A stretch of 50,502 bases of DNA from an uncultured bacterium (GCA_964539825.1 CAZIKF010000024.1:20794-71295), one strand, 5' to 3'. Positions 9,546-19,090 are shown, counted from the stretch's first letter. Made by a program: numbers and translations. The notes: a model not told the origin generated them from the letters alone.

Positions 9546-10619
9546 TTGATGAGGTATCCCGTTTTCCTGTACACACTGTTGGCACTGTGTTTAATACAAG
9601 TCGACCTTGATTCAAGAACGAAGGTACCCAGGGGTGATTTCGAGTTCACGATCAAGCATGATGGATTGAATCGAAAGTATCTTGTCCACGTCCCCGAGAG
9701 CTACCACAAAGATAGGGCGATACCAGTAGTATTAGCCCTCCATGGCGGAGGCGGAAATGCACGCGGTTTTCGTTTCTCTAGCGGACTTGACGAAACTTCG
9801 GAAAGATATGGCTTTCTGAGTGTATATCCATCCGGTACGGGCAGAAAGATTCTTCGCCTGGAACTTCTCACCTGGAATGCTGGTGGCTGCTGTGGCGAGG
9901 CCAAGAAAAACCAGGTTGATGATGTGGGATTTATTTCCATGGTTCTCGACGATTTGGAGCGTCGTTTTTCTATCGATAAGGATAGAGTTTTTGCCACGGG
10001 GATGTCTAATGGAGCTCAGATGAGCTATCGACTCGCTTGTGAACTCTCCAGTAGAATTACTGCTATTGCGCCGGTTGCCTCACAAATGGTTTTCAATTCC
10101 TGTCAGCTCAAAGAACCCGTACCAACCATTCACTTCCATGGTAAGAGAGATCGAGCCGCGCTCTGGGGTGGAGGTCAATGCGGAGGACTCTGGCAGGAGT
10201 TCTTCAAACTGAACTTCCCGCGTCTTCCCATCCGAAAGAATGGTCGCTGGGATTGTGATCCGGTTCCAATCTCCTTTAGCTCCTGGAATGAATTCAATGG
10301 ACTTGAAAACGTGAGTGCTAAGACTATTCTTCAAAGAGGGAAAACAACTTGTGAGAGCTATAGAAACGAAACCGCTCACAATGTCTTGTGTGTTACAAAT
10401 GACGCTGGTCACACCTGGCCTGGTGGGAATGGTAGTCCCGCGTGCAAGAGACCACAAAGCCGCAGGTGCAAGCAATTAGAAAAATTACTTGGGAAGACCA
10501 CCCACGATGTTTCTGCCTCTGAGCTTATGTGGAAATTTTTCAAAACTGTAAATTCAAAACCAGGAGTGCTTTCTGTGCCGGTTTTCAAGAACTCAGAAGG
10601 CGGATCTGCAAAAAAATAG
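9546..10619 (+). CDS. Secreted esterase of the PHB-depolymerase/LpqC family
   Basis: Signal peptide. LALHGGGGNARGF oxyanion region and GMSNGAQMSY nucleophile elbow (GxSxG) are typical of poly(3-hydroxybutyrate) depolymerase-type esterases. Confidence 0.7.
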   Translation: MMRYPVFLYTLLALCLIQVDLDSRTKVPRGDFEFTIKHDGLNRKYLVHVPESYHKDRAIPVVLALHGGGGNARGFRFSSGLDETSERYGFLSVYPSGTGRKILRLELLTWNAGGCCGEAKKNQVDDVGFISMVLDDLERRFSIDKDRVFATGMSNGAQMSYRLACELSSRITAIAPVASQMVFNSCQLKEPVPTIHFHGKRDRAALWGGGQCGGLWQEFFKLNFPRLPIRKNGRWDCDPVPISFSSWNEFNGLENVSAKTILQRGKTTCESYRNETAHNVLCVTNDAGHTWPGGNGSPACKRPQSRRCKQLEKLLGKTTHDVSASELMWKFFKTVNSKPGVLSVPVFKNSEGGSAKK

Positions 10620-10625
10620 ATTGGA

Positions 10626-11039
10626 GTGACTGTGAGAGTGGTACTTATTCTGTTCCTGTCAGCTGCATTGTGCTTAATGATGTTTCTTCCAAGAGAAAAT
10701 AGTCCTGGTAAAGCTACCGAAATCGATGTGAGGACGATGTGCTTTCGCAATATGAAGACCCTTATTGGTGCCATCGAACTCTATTCCCTTGATGAGAAAG
10801 GCACCATTGTATTGGGTTCTGAAGAAGAGGAATATGATAACTCCCTGGGCGTGCTGCTGGTAGCAGGTTATGTTGCCATACCCATTTTAGACCCAGAATT
10901 TCCCAACACAAGGACTTATCGTACCACCGATGATGGCTACGTCTGGTGTACTCACCACGGAGCCATCACCGGATGTAGTTGGTGGGAAAAGACAGGAAAC
11001 TGCCCGGAAGAAGTCAGGAAGTGGGACTCAGACAGATAG
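10626..11039 (+). CDS. Secreted small protein with a GspG/pseudopilin-like globular domain but an ordinary signal peptide
   Basis: MKTLIGAIELYSLDEKG...EYDNSLGVLLVAGYV...DPEF.N..Y.....GYVWCTHHG resembles the C-terminal domain of type II secretion pseudopilins. The prepilin N-terminal motif is absent. Confidence 0.4.
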   Translation: MTVRVVLILFLSAALCLMMFLPRENSPGKATEIDVRTMCFRNMKTLIGAIELYSLDEKGTIVLGSEEEEYDNSLGVLLVAGYVAIPILDPEFPNTRTYRTTDDGYVWCTHHGAITGCSWWEKTGNCPEEVRKWDSDR

Positions 11040-11268
11040 GCAAGCTGGTTTCCATGGAGACTTTCCCAGTGCTAGAGTAAGGGTTGTGTTAGACCATTTG
11101 AGCAGACTTTAGTCATTATCCATCGAGTTCCATGCGAAAAATCACCATCCACGCCCCGGGGAGTTATGACAGGTTGGTTTTGAAGGAATGCCGGGAGCGC
11201 AGCGGTACAGACCGGAGCATTGGAAAGATCGTACTGCGATTTCAATGAAGCGGCAGCGGATCTGTGTG

Positions 11269-12105
11269 TCAGTGCAGTGATTGCATAAGAACCCGAGCCG
11301 CGCGCGAATTCGTCTTTTCGAGGGAGTTTCTGGGTAATAAAAACGGCGAGCGCTTTGCTCGAAGATTCAGGTCTCTGGCCTGCTCCGGACTTGGAGCTAG
11401 AATATCTATGCTATAGCCATCTGAGTCTAGTAATGACAGTGAAAATGAGTGGAGTTCTCCCGCGGGGCGGAACTTGAAATGTAGAGTGGTACCCTCAATC
11501 TTGCGGGGCTTTATATAAGTTGATTCTCCAGAGTTCTGAGCCCTGATCATCAATCCATTTCTTCGATAAACCAGGTCCAGCTTCAAGGGTTTTTTAAATG
11601 CAACCTTCGGGTGAAAAACCAGGAAAGGATCTGGATCTACGGCCGTTTCAATTTCTTCGCGCAGGTCTCCTGAAAGCTTTAGCTCCCTGGTGTGCGGTTC
11701 CCTATAGTCAGTCTGCCAAAGTTCAGAGTTCTCTCTCCAACGTGTATATCGAAGATCCAGTTCTTCACGACCAAGTACAAAGTCTTCGGTATCATCTTTT
11801 GGATCCAGGTACTCCTGGTTGTTTCTGATCAAAAACTCTCTCTTAGCCAACCTTCTTTGGAACTTCTTCACCTCTTTCTGGCCAGTCACAAAGGGTCTCT
11901 TCAACTGGATATAAACTCCAATGAAGGGTGAGTCAGCCTCCTGGTAGACCAACACACGTTTAAAGATGCGGTAATCTTTGGAATTTCCCTGGTAATAGAG
12001 GACGGTATTGCCAAAATCAGCCATTTGGCAAAAGAAGAAAACAACGAAAGAGAAAATGAATTGAGCCATGTTGCTATTTAACCAGCAGAACTGGATTGGG
12101 GGCAA
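11269..12105 (-). CDS. Hypothetical protein with N-terminal signal/anchor (likely true start at the internal Met, about 12069)
   Basis: 278-aa ORF. The hydrophobic MAQFIFSFVVFFFCQ follows 12 residues after the first Met. No known motif. Confidence 0.45.
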   Translation of the reverse strand: MPPIQFCWLNSNMAQFIFSFVVFFFCQMADFGNTVLYYQGNSKDYRIFKRVLVYQEADSPFIGVYIQLKRPFVTGQKEVKKFQRRLAKREFLIRNNQEYLDPKDDTEDFVLGREELDLRYTRWRENSELWQTDYREPHTRELKLSGDLREEIETAVDPDPFLVFHPKVAFKKPLKLDLVYRRNGLMIRAQNSGESTYIKPRKIEGTTLHFKFRPAGELHSFSLSLLDSDGYSIDILAPSPEQARDLNLRAKRSPFLLPRNSLEKTNSRAARVLMQSLH

Positions 12106-12117
12106 TTTTTCTTAGTC

Positions 12118-12732
12118 TTAACGCGCATAAAGCTGTTCGAAAATGTGCTGGCGGGCAATTATTTCAGCGGATTTTTTTGAAGAGGTAATTTCTTCTTCCA
12201 CCACACATTTTACGTCTTTTCCCTTAAAGGGATTTTTTACACCAAAAATGGATTTCTTTAGCCATATTTCATGGATCTTGGAGCTAAAAATCGGGCGCTT
12301 CACTTTTAGTCGGGTAGCAATCGAGTTTTCAAAGGGATCAGTCTTGGTCCAATCACCAATCATGGTGTCTTCAGTAATCACGATGTCATTGAAAAATTCA
12401 TACTCATAGCCATCTGTGATGTGATAGGTATGGGTGGCATTGAAACTTCCGATTTTGTACTTAAACTCCACTTTAACCAGGTCTGGACGAACCTCAAGAA
12501 AGGAAACAGATCCGTTGGAGACTTCCTGATCTTGTAAGAACTCAGGTACTCCCACCGACTTCTTATGAACTTTTATGCGGCGACAGGTAAATTCCCTGTC
12601 CTTCAGAAGTTCAGAGGTTGTCAAACTGATATTGGCGTAAGGAGAGGTTAGAAGGACGAAAAGAAAAGCAAAATAAGGACGCATGAAATCTCCAAAATTC
12701 CACGGGAATATCCTATCTAGGATAAGAAACAT
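12118..12732 (-). CDS. Secreted hypothetical protein
   Basis: 204 aa with N-terminal MRPYFAFLFVLLTSPYANI signal. 13-bp gap to the downstream minus-strand ORF, so probably an operon. Confidence 0.45.
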   Translation of the reverse strand: MFLILDRIFPWNFGDFMRPYFAFLFVLLTSPYANISLTTSELLKDREFTCRRIKVHKKSVGVPEFLQDQEVSNGSVSFLEVRPDLVKVEFKYKIGSFNATHTYHITDGYEYEFFNDIVITEDTMIGDWTKTDPFENSIATRLKVKRPIFSSKIHEIWLKKSIFGVKNPFKGKDVKCVVEEEITSSKKSAEIIARQHIFEQLYAR

Positions 12733-12808
12733 CCCCCTACCAATCTACGAAAGAAAACTCCGGAGGTTTCCATTTCCCGAATTCTTTCCTGTCCCAGGTT
12801 TAACTTCT

Positions 12809-13027
12809 CTAATCCCTGGTCTCTCTGGAAGCTAGCAGAATTGCCCAAAAACATAGCAGACCCGTTAAGCCGGCAGCGATCCAGGAGACAAAAATGGGCA
12901 GATCCCAAGAATCTACAGTCAAAGACCATGAGTTTGCCACACGTACGGAGTGTAGAATAGAGACAATTCCAAATACAGTACCTGAAAGAAGGAGATAGGA
13001 TTTTCGGGTCATCATAGGTAGAATCAT
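12809..13027 (-). CDS. Small 2-TM membrane protein (hypothetical)
   Basis: 72 aa with two clear hydrophobic helices. Preferred over the overlapping 111-aa frame because of its membrane-protein-like composition. Confidence 0.3.
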   Translation of the reverse strand: MILPMMTRKSYLLLSGTVFGIVSILHSVRVANSWSLTVDSWDLPIFVSWIAAGLTGLLCFWAILLASRETRD

Positions 13028-13041
13028 ATACGAGGGAAGTT

Positions 13042-13554
13042 ATGGGTACCAAATTTAGCTTTAAATGTAATTTCTGTGGTGAGGTTCATGGAGGCTCCCC
13101 TGCCTTTTCCTACGAAGCTCCAACCCCCTATCTAAATCAGTCTGAAGAAATTCAAAAGGCTGGAATTCTGCGACCTGATGTTTGCGGGTATGAGGATGAA
13201 GACGGTAATCACCTCTTCATAAGGGTTGTCTTGGAAGTACCCATTCATGGAGTCGAAGATATTTTTCTGTGGGGTGCCTGGGTTTCACTAAGTGAAACTG
13301 ATTTCAAAAGATATGTACAAACCTTTGATAATCCAGATCCCTCTGAATCGTATTTTGGGTGGTTTAGTAATTCTCTGGCTTTCTATGAGGACGCCTACGG
13401 GCTTAAGTGCCAGGTTCATCTACGACTGAGCAATCAGAGACCCTATATTGTGCTAGAGAAAACTGAACATCCCCTATCCATAGATTATCACAATGGGATT
13501 TCACCACTGCGGGCCCAGGAAATAGCGGAATTCTGTATGCATAATCAAGGTTGA
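13042..13554 (+). CDS. DUF2199-like protein (N-terminal CxxC zinc-ribbon MGTKFSFKCNFCGEVHGG)
   Basis: 170 aa. The N-terminal motif and length match the DUF2199 family as I recall it. Confidence 0.5.
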   Translation: MGTKFSFKCNFCGEVHGGSPAFSYEAPTPYLNQSEEIQKAGILRPDVCGYEDEDGNHLFIRVVLEVPIHGVEDIFLWGAWVSLSETDFKRYVQTFDNPDPSESYFGWFSNSLAFYEDAYGLKCQVHLRLSNQRPYIVLEKTEHPLSIDYHNGISPLRAQEIAEFCMHNQG

Positions 13555-13635
13555 AGCATTATCAACCAGGGTAACAAAATCGCAGTTTCATCGTAGTTGA
13601 GAGAAGCAAAGAGCAAAACTTGCTCAACAAAATTG

Positions 13636-15030
13636 ATGTCGATCTCATTAAACTCCAAGCGCTGGTTTTTGACCCTTCTTCTCTTTAGCTGCTCGGTCTG
13701 CCAAATCTTTGCAGCCTGGAATGGACCCTCCAGAGATCACGCAAAGACCTATTCCACACCTTATCAAGATGGATACCTGTCTTCGCTGCATGCTACCTGT
13801 GGTTTAAAGAAGATCAAGTACAGGGAAATGAAGGTAAAAGTAGAAACCTGGGAAGTCTTTACCCCTGAGTTGGAAACAGGCAAACTCAAGGTAGCGGTAG
13901 CGCTTCAACGAAATAGTAAGAAAAAAATTCTTCGAGCTCCCCTGGCCATCTTTATTCCCGGAACCTTTGGAAACCTCAATGGGACCATGGCAAATCGGTG
14001 GATGGACTCCTTGACGAGGCTTGGATACCACGTGATCTCTTTTCCCAATCCCTTCGGAACAGATTTTGTATCCCAGGTTCCGATGGGTAAATTTGGGACC
14101 GTAACAACCGAGGCTAAGAGCCTCTATGGGGTGGTGCGTGAAATCTATAAAAAACTGAGAATGTTTCATGCACTAAATGGTTCAGTGAGACTAATCGGCA
14201 TCAGTCTGGGCGGATTCTTCAGCTCCATACTCGCTGCTTTGGATGCAGAGCATCCCAACCCGATTCTGACCACTGACGCTACGATAATCTCTCCCCCTTT
14301 TCACCTCGGAAGAGGGATCGATAGGCTCGATGGATTGGTAGATGAGTTACGCGATCCCTACCAGGAAATGTCTCTGCTAAGAACTTTCTTTAAATTTCGG
14401 AAGCTCTGCCGTTTGGAAAGCTCATCCGAAGCAAATGTAGAAACCTTGCGGGATGCCAGGGGACTTGTCTCTTTTCATGGTTTTTACAAAGGCCTGATGA
14501 GTTCGGTGAAAAAATACGACAAGGTTCGAAGTCTTAGCTACATACCCAAGAAAAAATCTGCGTATCAAAGATGGCGTAACCGTTTTAAGTTTTCCACCTA
14601 TTATGATGATTTAAATCCTGAGGGTAAGAGGATTATTCGTTCGGTAAAGGGTCATCTCTACTATTGGATGGCAAAAGCATACAGGGCGGGATTCCCATCT
14701 ATTCGAGTTCTGACCACAACAGATGATTTCTTTAACGACCCTGGAGCCTGGAATTCTCTGGATCTGCATCCTATGCGAGATGGGATGAACGGGATGTACG
14801 GCCTTATTTTAGACCCGGAAATGTGGGCTAGAATCCGCCAAAACCTGATTGTCCTTGAACATGGCGGACACTATGGTTTCCGCGGCAAACCCTGGTTTGA
14901 GAAGTTCATCAGACTTTCCTTCGGATGGAATGAAGAGCTAACCCGCCGCCAGGCGAATTTTGAGGAACTCTATCCTGAACCTGCGTTAGAATTGCCTGTT
15001 GTCGACACAGAAATCAATCCATTTCAATGA
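13636..15030 (+). CDS. Secreted alpha/beta-hydrolase (lipase/esterase-like), paralogue copy 1
   Basis: Signal peptide. GISLGG nucleophile elbow. Roughly 60-70% identical over most of its length to the minus-strand gene at 42634..44098 (my estimate from aligned blocks such as RAPLAIFIPGTFGNLN, RLGYHVISFPNPFGTDFVS, ALDAEHPNPI). The ORF track starts at 13597; I place the likely start at Met14 (13636), just before the signal peptide. Confidence 0.75.
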   Translation: MSISLNSKRWFLTLLLFSCSVCQIFAAWNGPSRDHAKTYSTPYQDGYLSSLHATCGLKKIKYREMKVKVETWEVFTPELETGKLKVAVALQRNSKKKILRAPLAIFIPGTFGNLNGTMANRWMDSLTRLGYHVISFPNPFGTDFVSQVPMGKFGTVTTEAKSLYGVVREIYKKLRMFHALNGSVRLIGISLGGFFSSILAALDAEHPNPILTTDATIISPPFHLGRGIDRLDGLVDELRDPYQEMSLLRTFFKFRKLCRLESSSEANVETLRDARGLVSFHGFYKGLMSSVKKYDKVRSLSYIPKKKSAYQRWRNRFKFSTYYDDLNPEGKRIIRSVKGHLYYWMAKAYRAGFPSIRVLTTTDDFFNDPGAWNSLDLHPMRDGMNGMYGLILDPEMWARIRQNLIVLEHGGHYGFRGKPWFEKFIRLSFGWNEELTRRQANFEELYPEPALELPVVDTEINPFQ

Positions 15031-15160
15031 AGCCAGGAAGTCTCAAACTTCAGCATTTTGAATGATGAGAAGCTTACACCTCCGATCTTCACACAAGGAT
15101 CAGTATTGGTAACAAAACTCGAGAATTTACGTAGTCTTTCGTGGAACGAACAGATCGGAG

Positions 15161-15709
15161 TTGGAAATGAAATGGTCACTGGTATTTTTGATGATAGCGA
15201 GTGTGTGTCCCTTATTCGCGGATGTAATTGTAGAAGATGGTCAGGTAACTCGGCTAAAAGTAGAGAGATGGAAAGGAACCTGGGCAGCGCCAGGCGGAAA
15301 TTACATTGAACGACTCCATATTAAGGTGAATCAGTTCAAGGTTGTAAATCAGACAAAAGAAGACAAAAAAATTCTGGATGCCATTGAGAATGGGGAGCCG
15401 TTTGAGATACATCTGGCAAGCCGCGCGGCTACCTATTTTGCGGACACTTCCGACTACAAGTACTTTTTGAAGCATCATGTCCCCTTCACCACACGGGTAT
15501 TCCCGAAGCTCAAGTTCAACGGAGTCCTCAAATGGCATGTCACGGATAATGATGAATGGAATGAAGAATCCGGTGAATTTGAGTCAATCACTGAGATCCT
15601 TTTAGATGATCCAAACTTCAAGAGCAAATGGGGAGAATTGAAAAGCAATCCCAGGGCACCTGTCCTCTCCAGGAAAACCCAGCTCTTCGACGAGCTTTAT
15701 AGCAAATAG
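15161..15709 (+). CDS. Secreted hypothetical protein
   Basis: 182 aa with MEMKWSLVFLMIASVCPLFA signal peptide. No known motif. Confidence 0.45.
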   Translation: MEMKWSLVFLMIASVCPLFADVIVEDGQVTRLKVERWKGTWAAPGGNYIERLHIKVNQFKVVNQTKEDKKILDAIENGEPFEIHLASRAATYFADTSDYKYFLKHHVPFTTRVFPKLKFNGVLKWHVTDNDEWNEESGEFESITEILLDDPNFKSKWGELKSNPRAPVLSRKTQLFDELYSK

Positions 15710-16009
15710 TTAATCCTGAGATTGAGTCTGCTCTTGAATTATAGCCTGGGCCTTGGGGGTATCTGCGGGAATCATCTTACCCAGGCACTTGGGGCAGGCT
15801 TTATAACGAAACATGTTCCTCCAAAGGGAAAAACCAAGGGCAATCAACGGGGCTATTACCGATAAATCAGAATCAATGACCTGATAAATCACCAGGGCCG
15901 CGATCCAGACCCCGATCTCCAAAATAAGGGTACTTCTCGTATGTGATTTTTCAGAACCAACAAAGTGGCATTCTACACAGAATTTTTCTCCCATATTTTC
16001 ACCTCTCAA
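15710..16009 (-). CDS. Small zinc-ribbon membrane protein
   Basis: 99 aa. CVECHF...CPKCLGK four-Cys pair flanking two hydrophobic helices. Confidence 0.4.
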   Translation of the reverse strand: MRGENMGEKFCVECHFVGSEKSHTRSTLILEIGVWIAALVIYQVIDSDLSVIAPLIALGFSLWRNMFRYKACPKCLGKMIPADTPKAQAIIQEQTQSQD

Positions 16010-16051
16010 AAATGATCTCTTGATCTGCCACTCAGGATGAACACAGTTACC

Positions 16052-16312
16052 TCAGCGGTCAAAATACTTATTGTAGTAGTGATCGTCGAAGTAGTTACCA
16101 TTGATTTTCAGGCTCTTTTTCTCCGTACCGTATCTTTCAAAACCAAAGACTTCGGCGATCTTGATTGCAGCAGTATCCGTCGTAGTGATCATCACCCGAA
16201 TCATCTCGCACCACTCATATTGTTTGATTTCTTCCAGGGCCTCAGCTACCAGTTTACCGAAATTCAGGATCCCCGGTCTTTGTAGATCCTGACAGCGCCG
16301 GTGTGTTACCAC
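16052..16312 (-). pseudogene. Truncated GNAT N-acetyltransferase remnant (C-terminal half only)
   Basis: RRCQDLQRPGILNFGKLVAEALEEIK...AIKIAEVFGFERYG matches GNAT motif A and the C-terminal beta-strands. The N-terminal ~60 residues of a GNAT fold are missing, and no upstream in-frame continuation of at least 60 aa exists. Confidence 0.4.
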
Positions 16313-16599
16313 GGCTTTTTGACTTTTGCCTGGCTATCTTACTTTTTCACAATGATTCCGGAGATCATGTTTTAAACATCGAAGAGTTTGAGATTTTCAA
16401 AGAGGCTTACCAGCGGCACGTACAATTCAATGAGCTTGAGAAGGAGTTCTTTCCGATGGTTCTCGAGTTCATGTACCTGGATGAAATCGTGTGGTTACTG
16501 GGTAATGATCCAGAAGGCTGGAGAGAGTGCGGAGCTCAAAGTCGGTACCTCAAGGACGCACTCTGTCTGTGTGCCCGATTAGGCCAGTTTCAACTATAA
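16303..16599 (+). CDS. Hypothetical protein, possibly itself a gene fragment
   Basis: 98-aa ORF divergent from the GNAT remnant; the two starts overlap by 10 bp. No secure motif. Confidence 0.3.
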   Translation: MLPRLFDFCLAILLFHNDSGDHVLNIEEFEIFKEAYQRHVQFNELEKEFFPMVLEFMYLDEIVWLLGNDPEGWRECGAQSRYLKDALCLCARLGQFQL

Positions 16600-16635
16600 A
16601 AATCTTCTTCCCTCGTAGAATTAACCAAATGCAAA

Positions 16636-16670
16636 AGAGCTTGAACCACTGGAAGGTTGGTTCAAGCTCT
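16636..16670. terminator. Strong bidirectional terminator hairpin (13-bp perfect stem agagcttgaacca/tggttcaagctct, 9-nt loop)
   Basis: Read directly. Sits between the convergent genes 16303..16599(+) and 16700..18175(-). Confidence 0.6.
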
Positions 16671-16699
16671 TGATCTTTAGAGCATTCAACTAGATGAGT

Positions 16700-18175
16700 T
16701 TATTGATTGATACGGATGTCGACTTCGGCGTTATCTACCCCTTCAATATCAACTTTGACCTTGGTGGACTGGGAATCTCCACGATTCCCCCTATATTCTT
16801 CCTTTAGATCTGAGTCATCGTTATAAAAGCGCCTGGGCTTACGGATCAACTGCTCAGAAGCAATGCCCAAAATGTAGTTCTGGGAACTGCTGTTTGTGGT
16901 GGCATGTGCAAGGATTCTAAAATCATCCTGGTCAAACCGGTTTCGGTAATATTCTGCTGCTTTGACCAGAATGTGATTTTGAGAAGAACTATTGGTGGTT
17001 GCCCTGGCTATCTTAAGAATTTCAGTAATACTGTAACCCAGGTCAATATTCGATACGAATCCATCAACGAGAATACTGTTTTGGGAACTGCTATTTGTGG
17101 TCTGGCGGGCAGTTTTGATCAGGTTGGACACATAGCGGGAACGGTCCAGGTCCCCTTCATCAAACCGGGGTTTGATGATAACCTGACCCGGGCTGACACC
17201 GGCTCTACGCGTGGCTAAGAGCTTCAAAATTCTATCTCTGTTATCACCCCGGTAGCTATTCTTGGAAAGTTTTAAAATATCCTCTTCGGAGTAAAAGTAT
17301 AGATAGGCCTGGGTAGCGGTATACAGAATCTCATCCCGGGCATCGCCTCTATAGGTTGCATTACTAATTTGGATAATTTCATCTGGGTTGAACCCGACCG
17401 CATAATTGTTCAGTAGAAATTCAAGTAGGATATCGTCCCGTGCGTCACCTCGATAGGTCTTGTTGGCCAGTTCAATAGCATTTCGAATAGCCCTTTCCTT
17501 ATAGGTTGCGTTGGCTTCAAGGTAGAGTCGTTTGTTGAAAGGTTCTTGTAAAAAGGGATTGATCAATGAGATCAGGTTGTTGATCTTGTCAGAGTTATCC
17601 AGTTTCTGAATTTCGGATGCAACATCACCGGAAGGATCAAACAAAGACCACTCTACGTCCACCGTGGATTTTACCTGCTCTGTGGTCAATTCAAGAATAT
17701 CGGCCTTATAACGTGGGGGGACATGCCTGGCCCAGTCTACGGTGACCTTAAATCCTGAAGATATCTCTTCAACACTTACTTTCTCTGCGGAGTTGAACAC
17801 GCCCATGGATCGTTCTTCATCTTTCCACTGGTGAAATTCTCCGTTTACGTTGACTCCGTCTTTACTGATGATAAGGGTTAATTTTTTAGTCCTGAATTCC
17901 AGATTTGAATCTACAAAGGAACTCTCAAAGTGATTGGAATCCTTAAAAGGATTCATATCTTTGGCTTCCCGGGTCTGGGTAGGAATAATCACAATTCCCT
18001 TGGTTCCGGGATTATGGGTGGTGGTCTTTTTGTAATGAATCTCTTCTTTTACTGTAGTGCTGCCGGCACCATCAACGATAATTCCAACTACGCTGGGTTC
18101 TTCCGGGGGATCTCCCGCGAACAGGTTTGTAATCCCTAGACCCAGTATCAAACTGCTAATTGCGAATTTCTTCAT
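16700..18175 (-). CDS. Lipoprotein-like secreted protein with two families of internal tandem repeats
   Basis: Signal peptide MKKFAISSLILGLGITNLFAG. Three repeats of 'xTYRGDxRDxIL' and three of 'ArxTTNSSSQNxIL' in the C-terminal half. Confidence 0.7.
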   Translation of the reverse strand: MKKFAISSLILGLGITNLFAGDPPEEPSVVGIIVDGAGSTTVKEEIHYKKTTTHNPGTKGIVIIPTQTREAKDMNPFKDSNHFESSFVDSNLEFRTKKLTLIISKDGVNVNGEFHQWKDEERSMGVFNSAEKVSVEEISSGFKVTVDWARHVPPRYKADILELTTEQVKSTVDVEWSLFDPSGDVASEIQKLDNSDKINNLISLINPFLQEPFNKRLYLEANATYKERAIRNAIELANKTYRGDARDDILLEFLLNNYAVGFNPDEIIQISNATYRGDARDEILYTATQAYLYFYSEEDILKLSKNSYRGDNRDRILKLLATRRAGVSPGQVIIKPRFDEGDLDRSRYVSNLIKTARQTTNSSSQNSILVDGFVSNIDLGYSITEILKIARATTNSSSQNHILVKAAEYYRNRFDQDDFRILAHATTNSSSQNYILGIASEQLIRKPRRFYNDDSDLKEEYRGNRGDSQSTKVKVDIEGVDNAEVDIRINQ

Positions 18176-18228
18176 TTTGGTACCTTCCTACCGTTCCCAA
18201 TTGATGGGTGCACTGTTAGTTCAAAATA

Positions 18229-18250
18229 TTCCATTTGCGACAAAATGGAA
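18229..18250. promoter_or_regulatory. Palindrome ttccattt-gcgaca-aaatggaa in the promoter region of the repeat lipoprotein gene
   Basis: Perfect 8-bp inverted repeat with a 6-nt spacer, about 55-75 bp upstream of the start codon at 18175 on the minus strand. Confidence 0.35.
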
Positions 18251-18364
18251 TGAAGCCTGCATTTGCTTACGTGATGCGATGACTTTTGTTGCAGATTTTC
18301 AAATAGGTGTCAGACCCTTGGCATTTATTTCTTAGGTTTCAGATTGCCTGCCTCTTTTTCCTCT

Positions 18365-18976
18365 TCAGGGTCTTAATTGGTAAACAAAAACCATTTCATC
18401 GATGGGCTCTGATTCCTTATCTAGATGCTTAAGATATGTAAGACGGCTTGGAGTGAGTTCCGCATTCTGTGGAAGCAGTACCCGGTCCTTCTTCGAAACT
18501 ACTGGTCGCGACAGGATCATCCCAGATCTAAGCTGGTCTAATTTCAGCGCGCGATCCCCAGGGTATTCTTTGTTTTCCTTCTTACGCTTCTGATTTTCAT
18601 AGAACCAGAGTGCATCCTCAATGATGTCTTGAAGAATCCTTGGTTCTACAGGTTTCAAGAGGTACCTGTGCACAGTTGCCAGGTTCTTGGCATCAATTTC
18701 CAAAGCCGCGTTATCATGGGCGGTTACCATGATTCGAATAGTATCAGGAGTGAATAGTTTGGCCTGTTCGAGTAATTGGACGCCTGTTAACTCAGGCATC
18801 TCATGATCACTAATCACTACGGCAATTTCCGACTCTTTTAGTTTTTGGAGAGCCTCATGAGGGGAACTTGTGGTTACTACTTTACAGTCTAACTTGCTAA
18901 GCAGCCTCTCAAAGAGATTGAGGACGGGAACTTCATCGTCCACAATCAATATGGTTTCCTTCTTTTGCTCACACAT
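18365..18976 (-). CDS. Response regulator with CheY-like receiver domain plus a ~70-aa C-terminal extension of unknown function
   Basis: ILIVDDE...D (phospho-acceptor region, ISDHEMPELTG) ...K (LLKP) define the receiver-domain signature. The C-terminal region has no recognisable output-domain motif. Confidence 0.8.
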   Translation of the reverse strand: MCEQKKETILIVDDEVPVLNLFERLLSKLDCKVVTTSSPHEALQKLKESEIAVVISDHEMPELTGVQLLEQAKLFTPDTIRIMVTAHDNAALEIDAKNLATVHRYLLKPVEPRILQDIIEDALWFYENQKRKKENKEYPGDRALKLDQLRSGMILSRPVVSKKDRVLLPQNAELTPSRLTYLKHLDKESEPIDEMVFVYQLRP

Positions 18977-19090
18977 ATCAGGCAGCGGGAAAGACCTGTA
19001 TCAAGGGGAAAAGTTGCCATCCCCTTTTTTCTCCCGGTTTAATTGTATTAAAACCTTTCGCATTGCACCACTGACTCTTAGAATAATAAA

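Noticed and set aside
13804-14169. Two similar 'antisense' ORFs (13804..14169 minus and 43495..43779 plus) that look like a conserved small-protein family
   Set aside because: Each lies entirely inside one of the two hydrolase paralogues on the opposite strand. Their similarity is only the mirror image of the conserved hydrolase coding sequence, so they are not independent genes.
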